NCBI GenBank assembly: GCA_966250105.1
Contig: CBINGC010000015.1
Location: 2,496-66,495, forward strand
From: an uncultured Sphingopyxis sp.
GTDB taxonomy: Bacteria > Pseudomonadota > Alphaproteobacteria > Sphingomonadales > Sphingomonadaceae
Reading direction: 5' to 3'
DNA length: 64,000 nt
How positions within the stretch are numbered: position 1 is the first letter of the stretch; the number at the start of each line of letters is the position of its first letter. The translations under genes were made by a program, and so were the position numbers. The notes under the pieces are model-generated. The model ran no database searches, was not told the origin of the DNA, and worked only from the letters and a program-made list of their open reading frames with translations. Below, in pieces: positions 44,740 through 55,105 of the stretch.

Positions 44740-46056
44740 TTATTTTGCGCCGATACCGTGAACAACCACCAAGACCGTCCTGAACAACACGACGAGATCG
44801 AGCCACAACGAGAAATTCTTGATATAATAGAAGTCGTACCGCAGCTTGTCATGAACCTCGCTGATTCCGGCCACATGTCCTTGGTTGACCTGCGCCCAAC
44901 CCGTAATTCCCGGCCGGACGATGTGGCGATAGGAATAGAAGGGAATCTCCCGCTCATACCATTCGGACAGCGGGCGCGCTTCGGGACGGGGACCAATCCA
45001 GCTCATCTCGCCGCGGAGGATATTGAGGATCTGCGGCAGTTCGTCGATACGAGATTGGCGAAGGAAGCGACCGATCCGGGTGACGCGGTCGTCGTCATCG
45101 CGGGTGATTGCCGCATGGACCTTGTCGTCGCCGTCCTCCGGCGCGGCATCGCGCATCGTGCGGAATTTGAGCACGCGAAAGGATTTCCCGCGATAGCCGA
45201 TCCGTTCTTGTCGAAAAAAGACCGATCCGGGCGAATCCAGGCGGATTAGCAACGCGACGACGGCCAGCGGCACCAAAAGAATGGGCAACGCGACCATCGT
45301 CAATGATATGTCAATCGCGCGCTTCATCTTCGCATAAGGATTGCTGGGAAGCAGCGATCCCAGACCGTTTTCGGACAGATGTTCGATGCGAACCTTGCCG
45401 GTCTGCGCCTCCCAAACCTGCTTATAGTGATAGACGCCAATCCCGTTGAGTGCCGCGGTCGCAAAAGCCCGCTCCCATTCCGGGGGATGGTCGAAATGGA
45501 GATCGGCGACGAGAACGGCGTTGGGGCCCGAAGGTACGCGCGGCTGGGTCAGGACCACCGAATGGCTTGCGACCGCGTCCCGCATCCGATCGATGTTCCC
45601 GCCCGGCACGAGGTGATAGAGGATATTATCACCCCGGCGCTCGACGGCATTCATCAGGAAGCGCGCCATAAGGCTCGCCGCGAAGGTCAGAAAGAGCAGC
45701 GCCCCGCTGTAAGGCGCGCGCAGCAACAGGATGAGAACCGTCGCGCAGCTATAGGTCGCGGCGAAGCTGGGAAAAATATATCGTGCTCCAACCGTTCCCG
45801 GGAACTCCCCGAACTTGCGGATCAAAACCACCGAGACCATTATCGCGAGCGCCGCGAGCAGAACGGTATTCTGCAAAAGCAGGCTTCTGCTCGCCGCGGC
45901 TACGTCGCCAAGGAAGAAAATCACGACGGGCAACAAAACGCCTACGCCAAGACAAACGACTAACTGCACGCGGAGCGAGGAACAGAACCGGACCCAGCTG
46001 AGGCGCTGGCCGGTCGATTGCCCCTCGACGGGTGATCTTCTGGTCATGTCGTGCAT
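44740..46056 (-). CDS. Polyprenyl-phosphate hexose-1-phosphate transferase (WbaP/ExoY-like priming glycosyltransferase)
   Basis: C-terminal bacterial sugar transferase domain (KFRTMRDAA...RIDELPQILNILRGEMSWIGPRPE...GITGWAQV) with N-terminal TM segments. ATG at 46056, preceded by GGAAGA; the track start at 46092 is a TTG. Confidence 0.88.
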   Translation of the reverse strand: MHDMTRRSPVEGQSTGQRLSWVRFCSSLRVQLVVCLGVGVLLPVVIFFLGDVAAASRSLLLQNTVLLAALAIMVSVVLIRKFGEFPGTVGARYIFPSFAATYSCATVLILLLRAPYSGALLFLTFAASLMARFLMNAVERRGDNILYHLVPGGNIDRMRDAVASHSVVLTQPRVPSGPNAVLVADLHFDHPPEWERAFATAALNGIGVYHYKQVWEAQTGKVRIEHLSENGLGSLLPSNPYAKMKRAIDISLTMVALPILLVPLAVVALLIRLDSPGSVFFRQERIGYRGKSFRVLKFRTMRDAAPEDGDDKVHAAITRDDDDRVTRIGRFLRQSRIDELPQILNILRGEMSWIGPRPEARPLSEWYEREIPFYSYRHIVRPGITGWAQVNQGHVAGISEVHDKLRYDFYYIKNFSLWLDLVVLFRTVLVVVHGIGAK

Positions 46057-46081
46057 GTCCGAACTTTCTTCCGTCCCCGGC

Positions 46082-47185
46082 TCAAACCGCAACGCGGCGA
46101 TCGTAATTGGCTTCGACCCAATCGCGATAGCTGCCGTCCATCACCGCACGCCACCAGGATTCATTGTCGAGATACCAGCGCAGCGTCGCTCCGAAATAAT
46201 CGGCGAACTCGCGGGCCGGCGCATAGCCCAATTCGGACCGTATCTTACGTTCATCGATTGCATAGCGGCGGTCGTGTCCAAGCCGATCCGTGACATGTTT
46301 CTTGAGCGTCGCCGTCGCCTTCCCCTTCACCGGGGCAGCGTCGGGAAAGCGCCGCGCAAGGTCGCCGTCCTCGGCGAAAGCCTGGTCGACCGCAGCGCAC
46401 AGCGTGTCGATCACATCGAGATTGGGCAGTTCCGCCCCACCGCCGATGTTGTAGCATTCGCCCACCCTGCCTTTGTCGAGGACAAGCTCGATGCCCCGGC
46501 AATGATCCTCGACGTAAAGCCAGTCGCGCACCTGTTGTCCGTCGCCGTAAATCGGCAAATCGCGCCCATGCAACGCGTTGATGAGGAAAAGCGGGATCAG
46601 CTTTTCAGGAAACTGGTACGGGCCATAATTGTTCGAGCAGTTCGATGTCGTGACCTGCAAGCCGTAAGTGTGGTGATAGGCCCGAACCAGGTGATCCGAA
46701 GATGCCTTCGATGCGGCATAGGGCGAATTGGGAGCGTAGGGGGTCGTTTCGCTGAACGCCGGATCATCGCGGCCAAGGGTTCCATACACCTCGTCGGTCG
46801 AGACGTGGTGAAAACGGTGCGGCTTGCCGCTTCCCTTATCCAGCCACTCGGCTTTCGCCGCCTTCAGCAGGTCGTGCGTCCCCAGCACATTCGTCTCGAT
46901 AAAGGCGTCAGGGCCGTGAATCGATCGATCGACGTGGCTTTCGGCTGCAAAATGCACCAGCGTGTCGATGGCATGATCGCGCAGCACCCGCTGAACGAGC
47001 GCACCATCGCGAATGTCGCCCTGAACGAATTGGACGTTGTCGATATCGTCCAGGTTGGCGCGATTTCCAGCATAGGTCATCGCGTCGAGGACGACCAGCC
47101 CGTCATCCGAATGGCGCTCGCGCCAATGACGGACGAAATTGGCGCCGATGAATCCGGCTCCTCCGGTTACGAGCAGGTTAGACAT
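46082..47185 (-). CDS. rmlB: dTDP-glucose 4,6-dehydratase
   Basis: MSNLLVTGGAGFIGANFV...STDEVYG...YAASKASSDHLVRAY. Confidence 0.93.
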   Translation of the reverse strand: MSNLLVTGGAGFIGANFVRHWRERHSDDGLVVLDAMTYAGNRANLDDIDNVQFVQGDIRDGALVQRVLRDHAIDTLVHFAAESHVDRSIHGPDAFIETNVLGTHDLLKAAKAEWLDKGSGKPHRFHHVSTDEVYGTLGRDDPAFSETTPYAPNSPYAASKASSDHLVRAYHHTYGLQVTTSNCSNNYGPYQFPEKLIPLFLINALHGRDLPIYGDGQQVRDWLYVEDHCRGIELVLDKGRVGECYNIGGGAELPNLDVIDTLCAAVDQAFAEDGDLARRFPDAAPVKGKATATLKKHVTDRLGHDRRYAIDERKIRSELGYAPAREFADYFGATLRWYLDNESWWRAVMDGSYRDWVEANYDRRVAV

Positions 47186-48069
47186 TCTGTCTGCTTTCCT
47201 TCATGTTTTTCATGACCCGCCAGCGAAGCGAGCGCGTCGCGCAGCTCCGCTCGCCAGTGCCGGGACGGTGCGCCGAGAAGCTTCCAGCAACTCGTCTTGT
47301 CAAGGACGGAGAAAGCGGGCCTTCGCGCGGGAGTGGGATAGTCGACCGCCGGAATCGGGATGACGGGGACATCGCGGTCCAAAAGACCGACCGCCCGCGC
47401 TTCTTCCGCTATCGCCACGGCGAAATCATACCAGGATGCAACCCCGGCATCCGTGAAATGGTGGACTCCCCGGACATTCTTTTCGACGAGCCGCCAAGTA
47501 GCGCGCGCCAGCGACAAGGCGTGCGTCGGGGTTCCCACCTGATCGGCGACGACGCGTACTTCGTCGCGTTCGGCCATCAGTCGCAACATGGTACCCAGAA
47601 AACTCGCGCCACCCGCCGAATAAACCCAGCTCGTGCGGAGAATCAGATTCGCCGGAATTGCCGCCGCAGCGGTCTCCCCGGCCAGCTTGCTGCGGCCATA
47701 GACACTCAGCGGTGCCGGCCGGTCATCGGGAGAATAGGGCCGCGACGACAAACCGTCGAAGATGAAATCGGTCGAATAATGAACCAACCGCACACCCCGC
47801 GCCGCGCAGGCGTCGGCCAGATTGGCAACCGCTGCGCCATTGATCCGGTCGGCGCTGTCCGCGTCGTTTTCGGCTCGATCGACCGCCGTATAAGCCGCGG
47901 CGTTAATCAGGATATCAGGTATCGCCGCGTCGATCGCTGCGCGCGCGGCATCAAAATCGGCAATATCGACCGCATCGCGCCCCACGACCGCAATGTCCCA
48001 GCCTTGCGGCGCGGTCGCGACCAAGGCCTTGCCGACCTGCCCGTTCCCCCCTGTGATCAATATCTTCAT
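47167..48069 (-). CDS. rmlD: dTDP-4-dehydrorhamnose reductase
   Basis: MKILITGGNGQVG...INAAAYTAVDRAE...STDFIFDG...YGRSKLAGE. Confidence 0.9.
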   Translation of the reverse strand: MKILITGGNGQVGKALVATAPQGWDIAVVGRDAVDIADFDAARAAIDAAIPDILINAAAYTAVDRAENDADSADRINGAAVANLADACAARGVRLVHYSTDFIFDGLSSRPYSPDDRPAPLSVYGRSKLAGETAAAAIPANLILRTSWVYSAGGASFLGTMLRLMAERDEVRVVADQVGTPTHALSLARATWRLVEKNVRGVHHFTDAGVASWYDFAVAIAEEARAVGLLDRDVPVIPIPAVDYPTPARRPAFSVLDKTSCWKLLGAPSRHWRAELRDALASLAGHEKHEGKQTECLTCS

Positions 48070-48611
48070 TCGTAAATTTCAGCTTCCGATAATGACCGTC
48101 CTGCCTCGTCTTTCGCGGACAACCGCGGCGTCATTCCATCCAGAGGCCACTCGATCCCGATCGTTGGATCGTCCCACCGAATGCTGCGCTCGTCCTTGGG
48201 CGAATAATATTCAGTGCACTTATAGAGAAAGTCCGTCCCATCCTCCAACGTCAAGAAACCATGCCCCAGACCCGGCGGAACCCACAGCATACGCTTGTTG
48301 TCGGCAGACAGTTCCACGCCGACCCATTTCCCGAAGCTGGGCGACGCCGCGCGCAGATCGACCACCGCATCGAATACACGTCCCGCAGCTACGCGGACGA
48401 GCTTTCCCTGCGGCTGGTTGACTTGATAGTGCAGACCTCGCAGCACGCCGCGCGCGGAGCGGCTATGATTGTCCTGAACGAACGCCGCATTGATCCCCGC
48501 CTCGGCAAAGCGCGCCGCGTTCCACGATTCCATGAAGAAGCCGCGGTCGTCGCCGAATACCGCGGGCTCGATGATGACGACATCCTCAATGGCAGTGCGC
48601 GTCAGTTTCAT
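48066..48611 (-). CDS. rmlC: dTDP-4-dehydrorhamnose 3,5-epimerase
   Basis: FGDDRGFFMESWN...RGLHYQ...GKLVRV..G.VFDVAVDLR...PPGLGHGF. The start is the ATG at 48611 ([11 protein letters not shown]), overlapping the rmlA stop. Confidence 0.9.
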   Translation of the reverse strand: MKLTRTAIEDVVIIEPAVFGDDRGFFMESWNAARFAEAGINAAFVQDNHSRSARGVLRGLHYQVNQPQGKLVRVAAGRVFDAVVDLRAASPSFGKWVGVELSADNKRMLWVPPGLGHGFLTLEDGTDFLYKCTEYYSPKDERSIRWDDPTIGIEWPLDGMTPRLSAKDEAGRSLSEAEIYE

Positions 48612-49492
48612 CACTTGCCCGCCGCGAGTTGCAACGCCAGATATCGACCATAGCCGCTTTTCTTGAGCGGTTCCGCCAGCCGTTCGAGCTGGCCATCGTC
48701 GATAAATCCCATTCTCCATGCGATCTCTTCGGGACAAGAGATTTTCAGCCCCTGTCTTTCCTCGACGATGCGGACGTAATTGCCGGCATCAAGGAGCGAG
48801 CCGTGCGTTCCGGTGTCAAGCCAGGCAAAGCCGCGCCCCATGATCTCGACGTTGAGCTTGCTCTCGTCGAGATAGAGCCGGTTGAGATCGGTAATTTCCA
48901 ACTCCCCCCGCGCCGACGGCTTGATGCTTCGCGCGCGCTCGACCACCGTATCGTCGTAGAAATACAGCCCGGTTACCGCATAGTGCGATCTGGGGTTGGC
49001 CGGCTTTTCCTCGATCGTTTCGGCGCGACCTTCGGCATCGAAGGACACGACGCCATAGGCAGTGGGATCGGCGACATAATAGCCGAATACCGTGGCGCCC
49101 GAGGTGCGGGCGTCCGCCGCGCGCAGCAATTCGGGAAAACCGTGACCGTAGAAGATATTGTCACCGAGGACGAGCGCCGAGGGCTCGCCTCCGATAAAGT
49201 CGGCGCCGATGGTGAAGGCTTGCGCGAGCCCCTCGGGTTTCGGCTGGACCGCATATTCGATCGCCAGCCCCCATTGCGCCCCGTCGCCGAGAAGCGCCTT
49301 GAAACCCTCCTGATCCTGCGGCGTGGTAATGATCAGAATGTCACGAATGCCGCCCATCATCAGGACCGACAGCGGATAATAGATCATCGGCTTGTCATAG
49401 ATGGGCATCAATTGCTTGCTGACCGGCAAGGTCAGCGGATGGAGCCGTGTGCCCGATCCGCCTGCCAAAATTATCCCCTTCCGCATGGTCAT
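48611..49492 (-). CDS. rmlA: Glucose-1-phosphate thymidylyltransferase
   Basis: [42 protein letters not shown]. The ATG at 49492 overlaps the upstream glycosyltransferase stop (ATGA). Confidence 0.93.
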   Translation of the reverse strand: MTMRKGIILAGGSGTRLHPLTLPVSKQLMPIYDKPMIYYPLSVLMMGGIRDILIITTPQDQEGFKALLGDGAQWGLAIEYAVQPKPEGLAQAFTIGADFIGGEPSALVLGDNIFYGHGFPELLRAADARTSGATVFGYYVADPTAYGVVSFDAEGRAETIEEKPANPRSHYAVTGLYFYDDTVVERARSIKPSARGELEITDLNRLYLDESKLNVEIMGRGFAWLDTGTHGSLLDAGNYVRIVEERQGLKISCPEEIAWRMGFIDDGQLERLAEPLKKSGYGRYLALQLAAGK

Positions 49493-50637
49493 ACTCCGTT
49501 GCTCGCCAATGCTGGCGGGTCGTCGTGGATGGCGGCGCCGGCCCTGGCAGGTTCCGCGCAGCCGATAAGTTCGAAATAGTCCCGGGCGATCACCGACCAG
49601 CGATAGCGGCGGTCGGCGATCTCTTTCATGATACCGGGGCGCGGTTCCAAGTCGCCCGTGGCGATCCGTTCGAGCAACGCGGCGAGTTGGTCGGCGCTCG
49701 CGAAATATTCGGCGGCGTCCTCGGTCGTCGCGCGGTTGAATCCGCAGTCGAACGCCAAGATCATCGCGTGGCAATGCATCGCCTCGACGAGCGAGGGATT
49801 GGTGCCCCCGGCGGAATGGCCGTGCATGTAGAGCGCCGCATTGTCGTGCAGCGTCCGCAATTTGCCCGCGTCGTAAATGGGATCGAGCAGGTGCAGGTGC
49901 GGCACGTCCGCATAGGTCCGCCGCAGGTCCTGACCATAGGAGCTGGCGTTCCAGTTGCCGACGAAGACCAGCGGCAGCGCATTCCCACGCGCGAAAGCCT
50001 CGAGGATCAGCGCCACATTATTCTCGGGCTCGATCCGACAGATCGACAATGCATAGCGCGAAGGCAAGCCGAGTTCGGCCGCGCTGGCGCTTGCCTCTAT
50101 TTCCAGCACATGGTCGCCACCATAGGGAATGACGCTGCATTCGACGTCATAGGACGCCGTGATATGGCGCGCGATCTCGACATTGTCGGCGATGACGGCG
50201 TGCGACCATTTCGACGCGATCCGCTCCGAAAGGCGCAGGAACCAGCGCGATATCCCCTTCCACTTCGCACGTTTCCATTCGATGCCGTCGACGTTGGTAA
50301 TGATGCGCATGGGTGACAGCAACCGCAACAGCGGGATCCCGATCGCGCCCGAGACGCCGAGCACCAGCAGCACGTCCGCGTCCCGGCGCCAGGCCGACAG
50401 CATCGACCATAAATCATAGGGCAGGCTCTGCGGCCCGTTCGCGTTGAGCGGCACATAGACGAGCGAAGCGCCGTGGAAGCGCCCCGGCCTTTCGTCATAG
50501 GCCTTGGCGCTGCAATAGACGGTCATCGCGCACGCAACGCCCTGCGCCTCGTGATAGCGCGCCAGATTGTCGACGAGCGTTTCGAAACCGCCGTAGCGGG
50601 CCGGCACGCCGACCGACCCTATGATCGCGACCCTCAT
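49489..50637 (-). CDS. Glycosyltransferase with a DUF1972-type N-terminus (GT4; probable rhamnosyltransferase class)
   Basis: [28 protein letters not shown] is the characteristic DUF1972 start. The rest is a GT-B fold. The alternative ATG is at 50652. Confidence 0.82.
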   Translation of the reverse strand: MRVAIIGSVGVPARYGGFETLVDNLARYHEAQGVACAMTVYCSAKAYDERPGRFHGASLVYVPLNANGPQSLPYDLWSMLSAWRRDADVLLVLGVSGAIGIPLLRLLSPMRIITNVDGIEWKRAKWKGISRWFLRLSERIASKWSHAVIADNVEIARHITASYDVECSVIPYGGDHVLEIEASASAAELGLPSRYALSICRIEPENNVALILEAFARGNALPLVFVGNWNASSYGQDLRRTYADVPHLHLLDPIYDAGKLRTLHDNAALYMHGHSAGGTNPSLVEAMHCHAMILAFDCGFNRATTEDAAEYFASADQLAALLERIATGDLEPRPGIMKEIADRRYRWSVIARDYFELIGCAEPARAGAAIHDDPPALASNGV

Positions 50638-50638
50638 T

Positions 50639-51550
50639 CTACCCGCCCGCATTCCGTGCGATCATCAGCTGTCCGATATAGCGGAAGCCCACGGCGTGCA
50701 GCAGCTTGTCGATCGGCCACAGCAACGCATAGACCGCCCATTTTGACCGGTTGGCGATGCGGCGAAGCGGATCGACAATGCCGCGATGGCGAAATTCGCC
50801 GCCGCGCATGCTGGCCGAATCCTCGCTGCGGAATCGGACCCCGGTATAGTTGCGGACGAGATCGAACAGGCTGCTCTGCTCCGCCGAACTGACCGGATCG
50901 AGCCCGAAGCGCGTTGCCATGCTGCGCAGCGAGCGCGGGCTGAACCGCGACAGATGGTGCGGCGGAAAGTCCAGCGGAGGTCGCCAGCTCATCTCGTTGT
51001 TGGGCGCGGAGATCACCAGATGACCGCCGGGCTTGAGCAATGCGACGCAATCGCGCAGCACCGGATCGAAATCGTCGAGATGCTCGATAACTTCGAACAT
51101 GGTCACGACATCGAAGCGGCGGCCCTCGGCCAGCAGGTTCGCGACCGAACGATTCGAAATCCGTTCGTCGAGCCCGAACTGCCGCCGACCCCAGTCGAGC
51201 GCGGTACGGTTGAAATCGACGCCGTGGGCGTCGAATCCCCGGTCGCGGAGCTGGCGGACGAAAAACCCGTCGAAGCACCCGACGTCGAGCGTCTCGCCTC
51301 CGGAAGGCACTCGCTTTCCGATAAAGTCGAGCGCGCGCCGGTGATGCCACTGAATTCGGTCCCCGGCTTCGGGAAAAAGCTCAAGGTCGTCGAGATAATC
51401 GGTGTCGCCCTCATAATCGGTCGACTGCGTGGCGTCGTCGCTTTTGAAATATTCATAACCACAGGAATCGCAGCGGAAATGGTCATATTTCCCGAAATTG
51501 CCGATCGCCTGCATCGATGCGGCGCAACAGGCGCACGAAATCTGCATCAT
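50639..51550 (-). CDS. Class I SAM-dependent methyltransferase with an N-terminal Cys-rich (zinc-ribbon-like) segment
   Basis: MMQISCACC...FRCDSCGYEY followed by motif I (TLDVGCFDGFF) and VVTMFEVIEHLDD. The ATG at 51550 overlaps the upstream stop (ATGA). Confidence 0.8.
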   Translation of the reverse strand: MMQISCACCAASMQAIGNFGKYDHFRCDSCGYEYFKSDDATQSTDYEGDTDYLDDLELFPEAGDRIQWHHRRALDFIGKRVPSGGETLDVGCFDGFFVRQLRDRGFDAHGVDFNRTALDWGRRQFGLDERISNRSVANLLAEGRRFDVVTMFEVIEHLDDFDPVLRDCVALLKPGGHLVISAPNNEMSWRPPLDFPPHHLSRFSPRSLRSMATRFGLDPVSSAEQSSLFDLVRNYTGVRFRSEDSASMRGGEFRHRGIVDPLRRIANRSKWAVYALLWPIDKLLHAVGFRYIGQLMIARNAGG

Positions 51551-52713
51551 CGTCCGGTCTCCAAACCGTAAAGTGAAAAGGTCAGGGCGTTCAGATGCGC
51601 CACGTCGAATTTCTCCTCGCAATAGCGGCGCGACAGCAAACGGGCACCCTCTATCATCGCCGGATCGATCCGCATCATCGCCTCGGCCAGCGATTCCGCG
51701 CTGCGCGGCGCGCAGAGGAAGCCGTTGCTGCCGTCGATGACGGTCTCGCGGCAACCGGGGACATCGGTAGCGACGATCGTCTTGCCAAGCGCCAGCGCTT
51801 CAATCAGCGACCGCGGCACGCCTTCGCGATAGGAAGGCAGCGCGACAATGTCCGACGCGATCATATAATCGCGGATATTGTCCTTGAACCCAAGATAGTG
51901 AACGCCATGCGCGCGAGCGAACTCCGCGACGTTATCGGCGGAAAAATGCCCGCTCGTCGCGCTGTCGATCAGGCCGAGGTGCACGAAGCAATATCGCCCC
52001 GGCGCCGCCTCGCCGATCCGGCGCGCGGCTTCATAATATTCGAGAAACCCCTTTTCGCGCACCCCGCGCGCAGGAAAGAGCACGACCATCCGGTTCGCCA
52101 GGTCGGCGCCAATCTCGTGCGCGAGCATCGCGCGCATTCGGGCCGTCATATCCGCGCCCGGCAGTTCGAATTCGGACAGGTCGATGCCCGAACCGTTGGT
52201 GAGTTGCGCCTGCCCCCGCCTCACCGCGCCAAGCGAAACCATTTCTTCCATATCGTCGGGGTTCTGGAACAGCACCCTGACGCGATGCGACAGCGCGATA
52301 CGATATTGCGCCACCAGCGCGCGGCGAAGGAGCCGCGCGCGGGCATCGTCGCGGATGAACAAGGTTCCCAGCCCGGTCACCGTCATCACGATCCGCGACA
52401 CCCGCGCCAGCCGTGCTGCGAGCGACCCGTAGATCACCGACTTGTGGGTGAAACCGTGGACCACGTCGGGCGCTTCGTCGCGGATGATGCGCCACAGCCG
52501 GTGAAGCAGGCCCAGATTCTGGAACGGCGAAACCGAATGGCGCGCGAATTCGACCAGATGGATGCGTACGCCCATCGCGCGCAGCCGCTCGATATAATCG
52601 CCGTCCGGACAGATGCCGACGACCTCGTTCCCCGCATCGACAAGCGCACGGATCAGCGGATTGCGAAAGACATAAAGAGCGCCGTCGCTGTTACAGACGA
52701 GTAGAACCTTCAT
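51547..52713 (-). CDS. Glycosyltransferase family 4 (GT-B)
   Basis: MKVLLVCNSDGALYVFRNPLIRAL... and the C-terminal EGVPRSLIEALALGKTIVATDVPGCRE (E-x7-E region). The ATG at 52713 overlaps the upstream stop (ATGA). Confidence 0.85.
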   Translation of the reverse strand: MKVLLVCNSDGALYVFRNPLIRALVDAGNEVVGICPDGDYIERLRAMGVRIHLVEFARHSVSPFQNLGLLHRLWRIIRDEAPDVVHGFTHKSVIYGSLAARLARVSRIVMTVTGLGTLFIRDDARARLLRRALVAQYRIALSHRVRVLFQNPDDMEEMVSLGAVRRGQAQLTNGSGIDLSEFELPGADMTARMRAMLAHEIGADLANRMVVLFPARGVREKGFLEYYEAARRIGEAAPGRYCFVHLGLIDSATSGHFSADNVAEFARAHGVHYLGFKDNIRDYMIASDIVALPSYREGVPRSLIEALALGKTIVATDVPGCRETVIDGSNGFLCAPRSAESLAEAMMRIDPAMIEGARLLSRRYCEEKFDVAHLNALTFSLYGLETGR

Positions 52714-53813
52714 GCCGTCGCTCCGCGGCGCGATGCGGCCGCCTCGGCCAACAGCGCGGCGACGCGCGGCGCCATGACCTGCAGCGTATAGCCCTGTTCG
52801 ATTCGCGCACGTCCGGCTGCGCCCATCGCCGCGCGGCGTTCGGCGGACTCTGCGAGCGCGCGAAACGCGTCGAGCCATTCGGCCCCATCCGCTGCCATGA
52901 AGCCCGCGTTGCCGCCGACGATCGTCCCGTTCACCCCGACGGGCGAAGCGATCACCGGGCGTCCGCACGCCATATACTGGATCAACTTGTATCCGCACTT
53001 GCCCTGTTCCCACGGCGAATCGAGCAGCGGCATGACTCCGGCGTGGAATCCCTCGATCAGCCGCGCCTCGCTGTCGAGCGTCCAGGCATGCTGCTCTACC
53101 GGCACGCCCGGCACGTCGAGCGGCGGCGCCCCCACCGTGACCAGGCGAATTGGCCGTTCGGCCGCCAGCGCGCGTAGCGGTGCATGCAGGATGGAAAGAT
53201 AGGGCGCGGTCGAAGGGCTGCCGATCCAGCCGATGCGAAACGCCTCCCCCACCGGCTCGGGCACGTGGCGATAGCGGTCGATATCCACGACCGTCGGCAC
53301 TGACTCGACTCGCCGCGCTCCATGGCGCTGCGCATAATCGGCCAGATAGGAATTGCCGACCGTCACCGCGAAGGCGCCGCGCAGCAGCGGATCGAGCTTT
53401 GCGCCGAGCAGCCCTCGCACGAGACGCGACCGCGCCCGGTCGTAGCGATGAAAGATCGCATCGTCATAATCGACCACATAGGGCACGCCCACGCGCGCGA
53501 GTAGTCGCTCGAACAGCCCGGGAAGATAAGGAAAAAGCTCTTTTTCGACCCACACGACGTCATAGCGGCGCGCGCCGAGCAGCGCCGAGAGGCGCCGCGT
53601 CATCGCGGCAGCCACCCGCCCCGAACTGCGCGCGCGACCCGCAAGCCATCCGCCCGACCGATAGATTGTGTCGAGATAGACCGATCCGAACAGCGGCAAA
53701 TGCGTGACCGCAAAGCCGTGCGCCTCGAGCGCCGGGACATATTGCAGCGTCCGCAACCGGCTGCTGGCACCGCGAGCATCGTAGCGGCTGAGGAGGAGGA
53801 GATTGAGGGGCAC
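52710..53813 (-). CDS. Glycosyltransferase family 4 (GT-B)
   Basis: GTG start at 53813. The C-terminal region contains GYKLIQYMACGRPVIASPVGVN. Confidence 0.8.
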   Translation of the reverse strand: MPLNLLLLSRYDARGASSRLRTLQYVPALEAHGFAVTHLPLFGSVYLDTIYRSGGWLAGRARSSGRVAAAMTRRLSALLGARRYDVVWVEKELFPYLPGLFERLLARVGVPYVVDYDDAIFHRYDRARSRLVRGLLGAKLDPLLRGAFAVTVGNSYLADYAQRHGARRVESVPTVVDIDRYRHVPEPVGEAFRIGWIGSPSTAPYLSILHAPLRALAAERPIRLVTVGAPPLDVPGVPVEQHAWTLDSEARLIEGFHAGVMPLLDSPWEQGKCGYKLIQYMACGRPVIASPVGVNGTIVGGNAGFMAADGAEWLDAFRALAESAERRAAMGAAGRARIEQGYTLQVMAPRVAALLAEAAASRRGATA

Positions 53814-53849
53814 GGTGGACCTAATGATTGCTGTGAGCCCGGGACCGCC

Positions 53850-55100
53850 TCAAGCTGCCACGGTCTGCGGGAAACCGGCAGGCCGTGTCGCAGCCCTTGT
53901 TCCGCCCGATCTGCGCAAACCGATGAAATAGAGGCACGGAAGAACATACATCCACTGGAACGCGTAAGCCTCTATATAAGGGTTGGTATTCGCCCCTACA
54001 AAAGCTGCAATCGAAGCGCCGCAAAGGAATTTCTCTTGCGGGATCAAAAGATTGGCGCGCCACAGTCGAATGGACTTCGTCATCGCTAAAAGGAACGGCA
54101 GCGCATAGATAATCGTCCCAACGATGCCGACGCGATAGAGCGTCGCAAGTCCGACGATTTCATAGCGCCATGGATAGCGTTCGTTGACAACATATTGAAC
54201 GCCTATCCCGTGACCCGCTCCGAGAAAGCTGTCCTCAACCGCTCCGTAGAACAAATAGGGCAAATAATCGCTTCGTCCTGCGCCGCCGGCTGAAACGATT
54301 TTTTCTAGAAGGGCCTCCAGCGGAACCAGAATATCGATGCCATATAATTGCGCGAGAACGGCCCCGCAAATAGCCAATACAGCGCCAGCCATGGCGATGT
54401 TCAATATCGAATTCGACGACCGTTTCCTGACGAACATCGGCGACGCGACGAGGCTGACACCCACGCCCAAAAAGAGCGAGAGAATGAGAGCACTTCGTCC
54501 GGACGTGAAAGTTGAAGCGAAAGCCAGCGATATCAGCCAATATCGCAGCAACTTGCTCCTGACGATCTCGGGCGAGGCCATCAATCCACCGTAGAGAAAG
54601 ATCATGGAGCCAAAGACGTACATCACGGCGGCCGACGAATGCTCCGACAGATCAACGTTCGGATTGCCCGCCATGAATTCGACAGCCTGCGGTCCGAGTG
54701 CGCTGAAGGCCCAAAAGTAGAATGCCTGGGATGCGATCGCCACCACCGTCAGAATCACCAGCGCATCGACGATTTTCACGATACCATATCTCAGGATCAC
54801 GCCGTGTAGCGCTATCGCCCACAACATCGGCGAGATAATATAGATAAAAGGTATTTGAAGATAGGCATCCTCGGGCGCGCCATTCAAATATCCGATAAAT
54901 AGATAGCCAATAGTGACAACGGAAGATGCCACCCACATCAGTAGAAAATTCCTGTCTATGCCGGTCCGCTTCGGCACGAACAGATAATAAGCTGCCAAAA
55001 TCAACAGAATTCCACCGGACACTTCCTTGAACGCGTTCGGAAGTACCACGGTCAACATGGCGAGAACGATCCACAAGAAGAGTTCCAGAAAACGCGGCAT
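53850..55100 (-). CDS. wzy: Polytopic membrane protein, probable Wzy-type repeat-unit polymerase
   Basis: About 416 aa with at least 10 hydrophobic segments, lower local GC, and a position directly downstream of wzx. ATG at 55100 (MPRFLELFLWIVLAML). The functional assignment rests on context. Confidence 0.65.
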   Translation of the reverse strand: MPRFLELFLWIVLAMLTVVLPNAFKEVSGGILLILAAYYLFVPKRTGIDRNFLLMWVASSVVTIGYLFIGYLNGAPEDAYLQIPFIYIISPMLWAIALHGVILRYGIVKIVDALVILTVVAIASQAFYFWAFSALGPQAVEFMAGNPNVDLSEHSSAAVMYVFGSMIFLYGGLMASPEIVRSKLLRYWLISLAFASTFTSGRSALILSLFLGVGVSLVASPMFVRKRSSNSILNIAMAGAVLAICGAVLAQLYGIDILVPLEALLEKIVSAGGAGRSDYLPYLFYGAVEDSFLGAGHGIGVQYVVNERYPWRYEIVGLATLYRVGIVGTIIYALPFLLAMTKSIRLWRANLLIPQEKFLCGASIAAFVGANTNPYIEAYAFQWMYVLPCLYFIGLRRSGGTRAATRPAGFPQTVAA

Positions 55101-55105
55101 GGATA